64,000 nt of DNA from Fimbriosthenelais zetlandica (Eukaryota). The translations under genes were made by a program, and so were the position numbers. The stretch spans positions 15,872,001 through 15,936,000 of the forward strand of contig OZ365110.1 in NCBI GenBank assembly GCA_977030845.1, read 5' to 3'. The notes beneath the pieces were generated by a model. It did no database searches. It was not told the DNA's origin and was given only the letters and a program-made list of their open reading frames with translations. Shown in pieces: positions 49,300 through 60,935 of this stretch. Positions within the stretch are counted from its first letter, which is position 1; every line of letters starts with the position of its first letter.

Positions 49300-52200
49300 G
49301 AGGAGGAGGTTTTTCTTTCCGAGGGGAAAAACTTCCGAGGATCAGAAGCCTGGAACCAAGCATCATCTGCCTAATTATCCAAGATTCCATGCCTTAAAGT
49401 AACATTCCATGTAGTCAAAGCTCTCATCCCACCAGGAAGCTAAAACAATTATGATCCCGAAACAAAAGGATGGCTAAATTCTCTTTAATGAAGTCCCAAA
49501 CTAATAAGATCCCACGCGTATTTAACTGAGATTATGAGGGTAATTGCTCTTCGATAGCGTCTGGAATATTAGGTTTATATAAAACAGGGGCATTCAGCTG
49601 AATAACACAGCTATTCAAGATGATCATACAGGTGCAATGAGCCTTGGATACCATAGCCTTATATTATCTCCTCATTTTTGGTTATCATCGTGAGGCCGCG
49701 ACCGGGCATTTGGCTTTCCGGGTCCGGGGTAATTCGAGCATTGCACTCTTGAGTGAGGAATGAAAGCTCTAACCGATAGTGACTGGGCCTTTACCTGTTT
49801 CTCGTACGTCAATGGATGTAGAGATCACATCCAAATACAAACCCTCAAAGCTGGCGCAGTAGAACACCAAGATTACAATCGATACTTCTATCTGCTTGTC
49901 TTGGCAGAGTTTTAAAAGCATTGTCATAGCAAGGTCTATAGCTGTGTACCTCGGGGAAATAATCTCAAATAACAAATAAAGTGGAATCCATTGGTGCCTT
50001 ATTGCATGCCATTTGTATTGATGCATTAAGTCAATGCATCATAAATACAATCTCGCTATCCATTAACATAGGCAATTTGTTACATATATATCTTGCTTGC
50101 CAGGAAATATAGATGTTGTATTGGGTTTAACCTTGCTGGGGATGTTGCAGCTTGCGGGGTAAAATATTGGATCTAGGACAGCTATAAATAAACCTTATTG
50201 CTGACATTCATGTCATAACACAATGTGAAGGTAATGATCTATAATAGTCTCAAGGAGAAAGAGACAATTTATGAAAGATGAAAGTTTTTGTTTCGAAGAA
50301 GAAGACACTCTGCTGATACACGAGCTATTGTCCATAGAAACAATACCATATATCTGAACCTCCATTATCTTAATATATGAATTACTTTACCCATAGTACA
50401 TTTCATATCAGCCTAGTATCCTGTCGTAAGTGGCGAGTATATAATTATAGAGGTACAGCTAAACTAAATGTCTCCTATACAAAGAGGTTATTTATACATG
50501 TCATCTTCCTTTGGTCGCTTAACAGTAAGAAAAATCGTGATGTAAGGAACATAGGTCGGTGATCCCTGATTGAGAAAAATATCCTGAACAGGTGTCCCCA
50601 TCCTCTCTCTGAACACAGACCAAACATGATATTTCCATTTCATTCCCCCCATGAAACCAAGAACAACTCCTTTTGTTCTCCAGAGCCACAAAGATCTACA
50701 TCTCCCTTATCTTATATCACAGAGATTGCCAGAGATGCACATCTTCTTTTTAATAGAAGCCTCAATCGATCATCCTACATCCATGTAGGGGGCATTTCGG
50801 TTTAGATCTCCTTGGCCTTATTGAACATATTCCTTCTCAAGGATATGTCCTGGACTGAAATCCAATACATAGCTGCAGTATTTAGAACTTTCTTGCCGGA
50901 AGGGATGGGCGGCTACTTAGTTTTTTTTAGCATAGAATAAAAATCCCGTGTAGAGAATCAAACGGCAATTTTGTTGTCTTATGATTAGGGAGAAGTCAAC
51001 GATTGTTGGCCTGGCCTCCTTTGGCTCTGCACGACAGACGAGTGGGCTTTTCTGAGCGTTGCTTATCCAGACAAATCTCTGGATTGCGAGACATTTTGGA
51101 AGAGCTCGAGTAGCTCTTCCCAGTTCCATTTTCCATAAAGTGTGTCATGCATAGTTTATGGACAGTAAAATAAGTTGGGAGTGGCGGGTTAGCGTGACTA
51201 AGTTTCCATAGGGGTTTCCTTAGAAGATAATATAGGAAAGGCAGGATGGATCTAATATAATAAAAGGTGAGAGGAGCTCCAAGGGGCAGATTAAGATTAC
51301 AAATGGAGCATCTAGGATGAAGAAAGGACATGCTCCTTTTGGGTCAATTGGGAAATCAGAACTATCAGCAGCTATTTTATGATTATGTATTTGACTTACA
51401 TCAAAAGGCATATGGCAATAATAATGTATGAGGTTTATCTAATCAATGTCGAGGTCTACTGTATCTAATATTTTCCTATAACTTCATTGAATTTCTTAAT
51501 TGTATCTTAAACCTCTGTTAGTTTTGACAAAGGTCATCGATAAGATAGAAGTGCATGAGGAAAGAACCATACGTGGCACTAACATCTCCCACATGCAAGC
51601 CCCTCACTCGACCTTCTAAGTACCAGATCATAGTTTGAAAGCTAGCATACCAAAATGTCCCTGCCTTCTGGGCTGCCAATAATGATCATTTTCTAATAAG
51701 GCATCTCCCAGTAACACGGTCCAACTCATTTATTCCGGGCTAAAATAATCACATCTTTATTGCTTAATTCTGCTTTCCACTTCTTTGCCCACTTTCCAAT
51801 TAAAGCTACAGGTTCATAGTGATTGGAAGGACTTTTGGAACATTCCCAGAAATGTTGTTAGAATAATAGGCAATCAGTAGCGCTTAAGACCAGGATTCCT
51901 TAATGGAGTAAGACATCATTCACCCCCAAAGTTCAACCACACAGCCTGATTGGTTTCAAGGGCGCATAAAATATTCAGTCAAGTATTTTAATGGAAAAAA
52001 GCAGGATTTTCACCTCTCCTACGTCTCCATTAAAGCTCTTGAGAAGCGATAAGATATTATTCATTGCTATCGCACTTGAAGGTTCATTTAATTCCTGACA
52101 GTCTTCTATCTTTCCGGGAGATATAATTAAATTCAATTGCTTTGATTCATAGCTTCCGGGGACTATATTCCTAGATCTGCCGATAAAAGAAACATTAAAA

Positions 52201-53000
52201 TCCTCATATCCTACTTGGAAAAAAATTGCAAGGGGAACCTCGAGGGAAAAGAGAGATTTGTCCAAATGCCATCAATGTGTTCAGAGAAATGAAATATGCC
52301 ATAGATTTTAATTAGATAGCCCATCGACTAATATTACGCTGTCTCCATCGGTACATAATCGAACGAAGACAGTTGATAATGCTTAAAGATTACTCCATAT
52401 CCCGTATCAATCTCTTCTATAAAAGTGCTTATCAGGTGAATCCTGCAAAATAATTCATGCCCAGAGAAACCGGTTATTATTTCTAATTCAGGTTGGCATC
52501 TAGAAAGGCAATACCATAACTCAACGAGTTGTGTAATATTGGGGAGTACTGAGCACTACAAGTGCGCGGCGATTAAAGCTCTCAATGTTAACAAGTAATC
52601 TTTTATGTCTTAAATCTTTATCATCGCTTGCTGCGATTGCATGTTATACACATGTCTTTCCCCTCGGGGGTATTTCGCTTATTTCACCCTTTGCTTTCCA
52701 ATCTAGCAAAGTTCCATTGATCTTTTATAATGATTGGGGGTGGGATCATTCGGTGGGAAAGTGGTATTTTGCCATCGATTTGAATCTAGCAAAGAGGATG
52801 CTGATGTTTGCCAAGCAGGAATGATCATCTTTGTGGTGTTGGCTATCTCACGACTTTCACATTTAACTGTTTGTGGATATACCATTGCATATGTGTCTGG
52901 AATAGAAATGGAGCCTTCATCCCCTCGTTGGCTTCGTTTGATAGGCCACTTGGCAGGGGTTACGGATCTTACAGGGAGGGAGGCCATGTTTTTCCATGCC
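49300..53000 (-). mobile_element. Decayed L1/Tx1-clade LINE ORF2 (RT and downstream region; boundaries approximate)
   Basis: Ordered minus-strand fragments: TFPPNDPTPNHYK (cf. KxPGPDGFxxEFYK); IAFLDA; SLFSLEVPLAI (cf. SPLLFxLxxEPLA); a degenerate YADD (LSAD, ~52175); NILSLLKSF..VKI; NLPLGAP..IRSILPFLYYL; QRFVWISN..PKEA..IVDF; WSVFRERMG..QDIF; QYK..IRHQW. All are interrupted by stops or frameshifts. Confidence 0.6.
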
Positions 53001-53043
53001 ATTCAGGGCATGTGCCTCTCTTAGATGATCATGAGCAGTAATC

Positions 53044-53622
53044 CTTTACTATTGGCGATTTTTCAATGCGCAAATCAAGTCTGTGCCTAGAATTTGATGG
53101 GAGATGGTTCTATAGTAATTAGATGGATATCTAATGGTCACATGTCAAAAACATTTGCAGCATACGTATTATGTGTATGCACTACTTTACTATTGGCCAT
53201 TTCCCAATGCGCAAATCAAGACTGTGCCTAGAATTTGATGGGAGATGGTCCTATAGTAATTAGATGGATATCTAATGGTCACATGTCAAAAACATTTGCA
53301 GCATACGTATTATGTGTATGCACTACTTTACTATTGGCCATTTCTCAATGCGCAAATCAAGTCTGTGCCTAGAATTTGATGGAAGATGGTTCTAGTAATT
53401 AGATGGATATCTAATGCATGTAATGGGCACCCGTATGTCAAAAACATTTGCAGCATGCGTATTAATGTGTATGCACTACTTTACTATTGGCGATTTCTCA
53501 ATGCGCAAATCAAGTCTGTGCCTAGAATTTGATGGGAGATGGTCCTAGTAATTAGATGGATATCTATGTATATATGGGCACATGTCAAAAACATTTGCAG
53601 CATGCTTATTAATGTGTATGCA
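53044..53622. repeat. Tandem array of 4 units of ~141-153 bp
   Basis: Units start with CTTTACTATTGGC at 53044, 53185, 53326 and 53479 (periods 141, 141, 153). Units are highly similar head-to-tail, with no unique spacers. Confidence 0.95.
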
Positions 53623-56600
53623 TTATACCATTGTTATCAATGATGAACAGTTACTAATTGTTTGCTCAACTTAGCATGGGCCATCAATTATTGGAAAGGA
53701 GTTCTATCAGCGCACCCCTCCGGTATGTGGAAAATCACCCTCATTGAAAGAGCCCTGCCTCTAGGGGAAGCTAGCTTATCACAGGGCGATTAGTAAATAT
53801 ATAGTGTTCCCTGCTGAGTGTGTTTCTACATCCCACGAGACAATCCTCTCCACAGTCATAATACCAGGCCTCGAAAGAGAAAAAAGAACTTCAAGTAAAA
53901 TCTCATTCAAAGAGACATAACTTGTTATTTTTCTGCACTTCCGCACTTCCCTCCTCGAAAACTCTACTGGCAATACTCAATACGTCTACACTTAGGTTGG
54001 TTATAAGCTATAAGGGCCAACTCGTGGAAACTATATTATGGCCCTTGAAGAACAATGGGAGACTTCCTATTGATTTTGAGGACTTTGGAAACGAGAGCCG
54101 GTAAATATAAGTGCTTCATGTTTCTGGAGATATGCATGAGAGATGTCCTCTGTATTCTGAGCACCTTACTATATTGCCTAGAGCTTTCTTAATGTTTTTA
54201 ATATTTGTGAACCTCAGTTTGAATAGAAAACGGCATTGAGTGAAATATTGGCCTCATCGTCAATGAAAGGACTTTTTTCAAATGTATCTAATGAAACCTC
54301 ATGGTTTCTTAACTTTCGAAAATTGCTGATGAGTAAATATTTATATCAATCTGCTATGAAAGACTCGGCTTTTAAAGTATACCGTAGACTGAGTTCATTG
54401 TATTGAAGTGATGTCCTGTCAAAGGCAATTTGAAAACTTCCTTTGTTATAGTATAGATGCATAAACCACATACCGTAGGCATCTATGAGTGTTATAAATC
54501 AAATCAATGAACCGTTTCATTTGATATTCTACATGTTATATTTGGTAGTTTGATAGAAAGAAAATTACGAATACACGTAAGTCAAAAATAAATTAGGACA
54601 AAGGTTTACTTCGAGTTTCTATCTTCAGTAGATGATCAAAGGAGCCTAATCCATTAGGGTAAGTGTCATTAGAGTGGCTAACAGTTATAATTATACCTCG
54701 AGGTCTGGTTAACCATTCCCTTGCTAATGCAGGATTTGCTTTGGCTTGACTTTCAAATTAGTATATCTTCAATGTCACTTAGCTAGAGACAGGCACTTTC
54801 AACACGGTTCCTGACTATATTCTATCTGTCTGGGGGATCTAAGGTGAATAGGAATACATACATGTACATGTCAGTATGTTTTAGTTTAGAGTTTTTATCT
54901 GTCATTAACTCCTAGTCTTGTGTAACATTTGAGTCTAATGGGAATGGTCCTTGTTCGGCATTGCCAGTTTGTTTTTATTCATGAGCCCTGCGCAGGGTAT
55001 AGTACAATGTCATGTATATAGAACATTGTTCTATAATATACTGTCATACAAACGTATATAATATTATATACAGGCAGGGAATCTTGAACCATGGATAATG
55101 ACATATGTTTTGTACACACTTTTTCATGGGCAAAGGACAGAGGTCAAACAACCATGCACCAAAAGTGGGAGATAAGACCTTTGGTAACCCATATACACCA
55201 GTGTTAATAGTTTGAATGCTATATACCAGTACATGCAATCATAATACTCTGCATTTCGGACTTTTTCTAACGAATAACGCATACCACGTTACATATAATT
55301 GCCTAGATATTATGGAATATACTTTTCTCTTAAGTGCATTCAAATGGATAATCATAAACTATTTTGTCCTAATAAATATCCTTGTCCTAATGACCAACAA
55401 TTTATGCCCATTTTCTAAATTCATTAGTTACTTGATTCTTTATCCAGGAAGGTCAGGAGCTTGTTTCATAACAATGCTTTAGCCTATGGTCATGAAACAG
55501 GCCTCAGATCAAGTGTTATAACATTTAATATCTGTAATTACATTGGGAATTAGGAGAAAACTCCACTGATGGAGTTAATAATGGCAATTACTGGAATCGT
55601 TCTGAACGAAAGTACACTTTACATTCAGGTAAACGGCTGTGAGAAATCATTCTGATGGTAGAGGTCGCTCTAACTAAATATGTGCTAAGACTCCCAATGC
55701 ATAGGGAGATATTTATAAGGTCATCACAACTTATCACTAACTAATAGGCCTACTTAATATTATAAATCCATAATTATATTATGAATTTATCAGATTAATT
55801 TTGCATGAATCGTGCGTGTGATTGGTGAATTTCCCCGTTTAAAGTCCAATTGTTAAATAATTAAAAAGAATCCATCTCATGTCCCTTGATTGCAAAATAA
55901 AAACTATTGGTGTAATCATGCGCAAAACATCCATTTTAAAACACGATTTCCTTGGAAAAACACTGATGATAATAAACTCGCAATAGTTTATTCAGTCCTT
56001 TTTCCAACATCGCTGAAAATGAATTTGAATTCCGTTTGTATTGAAACAATGTTCCAATATGCTTTGTTTGTGGCCATTGTTTTCAAGATTTTCTCAAAGC
56101 AAATACAAATTCCATCCTAACCCAGCCGATCAGAATTATTTTGGTGAATGCAAGGGGAAAGGTGCATGCAAGGTTTTCCAGTGAGCTTCTTATCCCACAG
56201 TCATTAATATTAAACCCAGAGTGTTCATGAACTTTCAATATTTCAGTAATGAAATTGAATACCTGTTTTCACGTAGTGGCAAAGAGTATTATATTAGGAG
56301 CTTATTGGCAATCAGATTGAGAGGGCTTTAATCCCAGGACGTCTGTCAATTGACTAAGACAAGAGATTGGGGAGGCCAGTGCAGCTCACACCAATTGTCG
56401 CCAGTTCTCCCATTCCATCAGGTTCTGGCAAATTGAGACAGTCCCACTTCCACAGATTGTTATCAATAGGGCTGCTCAAGAGGATTATGCTTTGGTGATT
56501 AATCTTAATTTATCACACTTTTATCAGCCTTGTGATTTCTACATGTCCAATTAGGAAATGCCCCTTTGATTGCAATCTTCTCAGTAAGTGTTCCTATTAA

Positions 56601-56892
56601 GATTTAAACGTGTGTGCAAAATAAGTTAATGCATTCACCTCTCCAGTTAGCCTCATTGAGGGGAATCAATGAAATACAAGGTTCTTTCAGTCACCATCGG
56701 AAAGGAAGCAATCAGCTCTGGTGATAGATAATGTGGCTTTAAATGGAGATACTATGCCTCCAAGAATAAGGAATCATTTTCTGGCATTCAATATCAGGCA
56801 TTTTCTTTCTCTCGATTACTATAAGCCCCAGCTTCTTCGTGAAAGTACATCATTTATGCTTTCCAAAAATGTCTGGCTGTTGGTTCCCGATA

Positions 56893-57190
56893 TTTTTTTA
56901 GTTCGAATTTTTATAGAGCCTGTTCTGGGTGAATACCAGCTCACACTCTTGATTACTCAAGTTTCTCTTATGATTTTCAGCTGGGGGCTCTTTCTATGTG
57001 CATTACTACATTGCCTTCTGTGCAATGGATATCTCTAGGTGCATTGTGCTCTAGAACATATGTACAACTGTGAGGAGGGAGGCATTGGAAATGCCTTGGA
57101 CAGCTCGGGGGATTGAACCGCCGACCCTTCGATCATTGGTCAACCACCCTGTGTGAGCTGGCGCTCTAACCAACTGAGCTAACTCCCCTC
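56893..57190 (-). mobile_element. tRNA-derived SINE, family B, full-length copy
   Basis: Minus-strand head GAGGGGAGTTAGCTCAGTTGGTTAGAGC (A box) ... GGTTCAATCC (B box). The body matches 63801-64000. The 3' tail ..AGGCTCTATAAAAATTCGAACT-A7 matches 21245-21302. No TSD recognised. Confidence 0.82.
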
Positions 57191-58954
57191 CCACTGAGCT
57201 AATTCCCCTCCTTCAAACTGTAGAAATGAAAAAAAATGTTTAAAATTGTATCTCATGTGTCGTACGATCTTCTGTTCACTTGCAGTCTCTATCCAGTACA
57301 ATTATGTCTAATAAATTATGTGTTATTGCGTTTTCGTAGCCTACTATAGAATCAATGAATACATTCTGAAATGGTACTAATGTTTGCGATTAAAATGCTA
57401 ACAAGGTATAAATACAACCTTGACATAATATAGTATTCAATGTTTCTGTAGTTAGGATTGTGTTCATAGATTCTATCTGCCTTAACTTGAAAGATTAATA
57501 ATTTATTGTTCCGTCAGCTGAGAAACTCCTAATTTGCAGTCAAAACATCCTTAACGAAAAAAGGTTTAACTGAAAGAGTCCAAGTGCAATAGATCTTCAT
57601 AAAATATCCCATTTAGAAATATTAATTCAATGCTTGAATTCAATACTAAAGGAACGTGATATTGCATTTAGCTTATAACATAAAAACTAAAAGGGAATTG
57701 CAATGAATATAATTAATCAGAAGGTCAAGAAAGAGACAAATTCCAATACCCTCCTATAACTCAGAGGTAGAATTGCAAAATGATTTGATAAGTTCATAAA
57801 ATTCAGAAGCAAATTGCCTGAAAACAATTAATTTTCATCGATAACACCTGCACCTTAAGTGTTCTCCATTTTTACCTGAGTGCAATCTTTGGCTACTTAG
57901 AGTATAATGACATCATTTAGAACCCATATCACGTGGTGTGGTACTTGTTAGAGACCAGAACCGTCAGCTGCAATCTACATACAATATTTGATTCTACATT
58001 GAGTAGCTCTCACTGGGGGAACTGTCTAGAGATATTAATTATGGGATTGAGTCAAAATCATGGTTTCTATGATTTGATATAAGTGCTGTGGAGCTTTGGT
58101 TAACACAATACCAGCCGTCAGGCTCATTCCTCATTCATAAGCTTCAACTCCTTCAATGAGTCCCAGCTTTCATATTTTCATCTGGATTTCATCAAGTTGA
58201 ATGTATGAATCTGCTCTTAATCCTCCTCCAACACCCATCAATACCCCAGTCCATTAGATGAGCCTTCAATTCCACCAGACACTCTAAATCTTCGCAGTTT
58301 ATAAAATAATAATTCTCTCAACGGAGCCAAGCAAAGTCACTTCTTTATAGCATTGCCTATCCGTCATTCACCTCCTCTTTCACTCCCATCAAACATCCAA
58401 ACGTTGATCACCCATTGAAAACTAGTTCCAAGATGTTTCATTGACATTTCTCGATGTTTTCTCCTATAAGAACTATTTTCACTCGACTGCAGCAGAGCAC
58501 TCTGGTCTCGAGTATTGCGTGTCGCATCGTCCATATGGCATACAAAGCGATCTCTGGGTGTAATCAACCTGATCTTTGTCGCTTACTGATCGCGAGGCGG
58601 GTGGGATTTCGTGAGCACAATTATGAAGGATTGAGGGATGATTTAGCTGGAGCAGGCCGAGCGGTGACTTAATTATCCACCACTGCCTGATTGCTAGGCG
58701 CGCGGGTCTCATATTGACTGGGACTGGACTGTTGGAGTTATGTTGACCGATAAACAGCGGTATTAGCAAAAGGCTGGTAATTACTTAACCCCCAGTGCTC
58801 TGATATTGATCTGGGGGAGATGATGATGATCTGCTGGCAGGTATTATAGACCCACCCTGCACACCACCACCCACCCAGCCTTCAGCATCTGCTGCTACAT
58901 CTCGCTCTAATCCTCACTAAAAGTCTTAATCCCAGCTCATCAATAAATGGGATT

Positions 58955-59160
58955 AAATTCAATTATAATGAATTCCTAATTCCCAGGAAGTGAAATTTCT
59001 GCAATGATGACTATGTCTGCAATGATGACTATACATAGAATCAGATTCTAAGTAGAGTTATCATCGCAGAAATTTCACTTCCTAGAATCAAATTCTATGT
59101 ATAGTTATCATTGCAGAGATGTCATTTCCTAGGAATTAGGAATTCATTATAATTGAATTT
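58955..59160. repeat. Foldback/MITE-like element with nested inverted repeats
   Basis: Outer arms AAATTCAATTATAATGAATTCCTAATTCC / GGAATTAGGAATTCATTATAATTGAATTT are perfectly complementary. There is an inner pair AGGAAGTGAAATTTCTGC / GCAGAAATTTCACTTCCT and a tandem CTGCAATGATGACTAT x2. Confidence 0.85.
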
Positions 59161-60764
59161 GATATAGATAGAATAGTGCTATATTTATACTGGTTTCCAC
59201 ATTATATAATTATCTTTTTTCTGTATGTATTAATTTTCATGCAATAATTTCAATTATACTAATATTATCAAGGGTGTATAGTTACCTGCTTATGAAGGAG
59301 CTCCATTATAATATATCAAAACAGTCTCAAAGCATCTAATTTATAATCCCAATTATATAATCTCCATTCTAAACATAGCGCTAGCCAATAATCATTGTCT
59401 GATACAGATGTGGTGGGCGCAACTCCGTGTGATTCCAGGGTTAGAAGGGTCAGAAGGTAAGCTGGAGTAATTTGTGTTGCACCAGTGTAGTCTCTCTGGT
59501 ATGAATAATATTTGATAAAATACCTGATAGTGGCGTGTGGGCATCATCATTACCCATAAATCAATGTTTAGATTATTATGGCAGGCATCAATTAATGTGA
59601 GGAATGACAGATGATGACATGGTGGTCCTGTGGTGCAGCACCCCCACTGATCATTTTACCTAAAGTAGCCATTTATTCACATATACACACACACCCATAT
59701 TAATGTACTGAGGTCCGTACACAACCACAAAAAGTATGATGATTCTTCTGCACTCCAATACGGTATATGGAAACTAAATGAGTTAAAATCCAGCCCTGGA
59801 GGAGTTATTTTATCTGGCAGATACCCCAGTCCCTGGAGGATTATAGCCATTATTATGACTGATGGGGCCTTGGGACTGCCAGCATTCCTGTGGCACAAGA
59901 TTTCCCTGACCTGTTTGTCAATATGTATTTTGTGGAGTGGAGTGGATGGATGAAGCCTATTTTTGTAAGTGACTCATAATCTCTGATTTCTCTATTATAT
60001 TCCTCAAATCAAATTTAATTTTTCTGATGATCTAACCGGAGAATAACTTTCATCCTCAGTCAAATATATTATTCCGGCTCCTCGTTTGCTATGATCTGAC
60101 ATTTTGAGTCCATCCGTCACTTCGGCCATTAGGATGGACAAGCCCCAGGACAGTTTTCCTTTGCATCTTGGATTGCAATAAGGAGCAAAGTGAACAGTAA
60201 AAACTGAATGCAATTCATCAGGATGGAAATTTCCACTTCTACTGTTGTTCGCTGCCTAAAAAGGCATTTATAATGGGCGTAATTGATATGCTCTTCATTG
60301 AAAGAAAGGATATAACTCTAAAGGTGTATGATACAAATCTCTCCTGGCCACTTGTCTTTATGACAAGCATTTTCCCGGAAGGCTCAATTTGAAATAAACC
60401 TAACTGTCATGATCAAGAGCCAAATTATGCTATGCATGTATATATATATATATTTAATAACTTAAATGTTAGTGGAAAATTCATGCAGTATTTACAGTAT
60501 CTGTGATTTAGGGAAATAAATGATCGGCTCTCTGACATTCACTATCGCAACATGATGCCCCGATGTAAAACAAAAGGTAATACAAGTAATTCAGTGGGAA
60601 AGCAATGCTTCTTAACGTCCCTGCCCTTTCCCCCTTGACTACAACCTTTCCCTCCGCAAAACATATTGACTTCACTGATGTTTCATTCGTTAATTAATCC
60701 TGGATTGATTTATCCTTTTCTTGCTCGTCCAGGGAATTCACATTTAAATGGAGACTATTTCTGG

Positions 60765-60935
60765 TTATTTTCTAGATTCAAACATTGTTTCAAGCTTAAA
60801 ATCTTCCAAATTCGACACAGATGGTCTAGAGGGAGAAGCCCATTCTAGCAACATGTCAAATTTAAGTCTCTTCTGTTCAGCGTTATCTTGCTTTGGTTCT
60901 GAATTAAAGCAGTCTTTCCACGAAGTTTGCTTCAA
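60765..60935 (-). CDS. Candidate terminal exon of an unidentified third gene (LKQTSWKDCFNSEPKQDNAEQKRLKFDMLLEWASPSRPSVSNLEDFKLETMFESRK*)
   Basis: Good acceptor CATTTTAATCTCTTTAG| followed by 56 open codons with a charged, protein-like composition and TAA. No upstream partner exon was convincingly found. Confidence 0.35.
   Translation of the reverse strand: MKQTSWKDCFNSEPKQDNAEQKRLKFDMLLEWASPSRPSVSNLEDFKLETMFESRK

Noticed and set aside
53044-53622. CRISPR array
   Set aside because: Units are contiguous ~141-153 bp repeats with no unique spacers, there are no cas genes, and the context is eukaryotic.
56300-56750. Decayed CR1/L2 RT (NCRQFS ~ NYRPIS); also an EN-like GLDFN near 59790 and an SGNH-like VIHVG near 28400
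   Set aside because: Each is a single degenerate motif without ordered supporting motifs.
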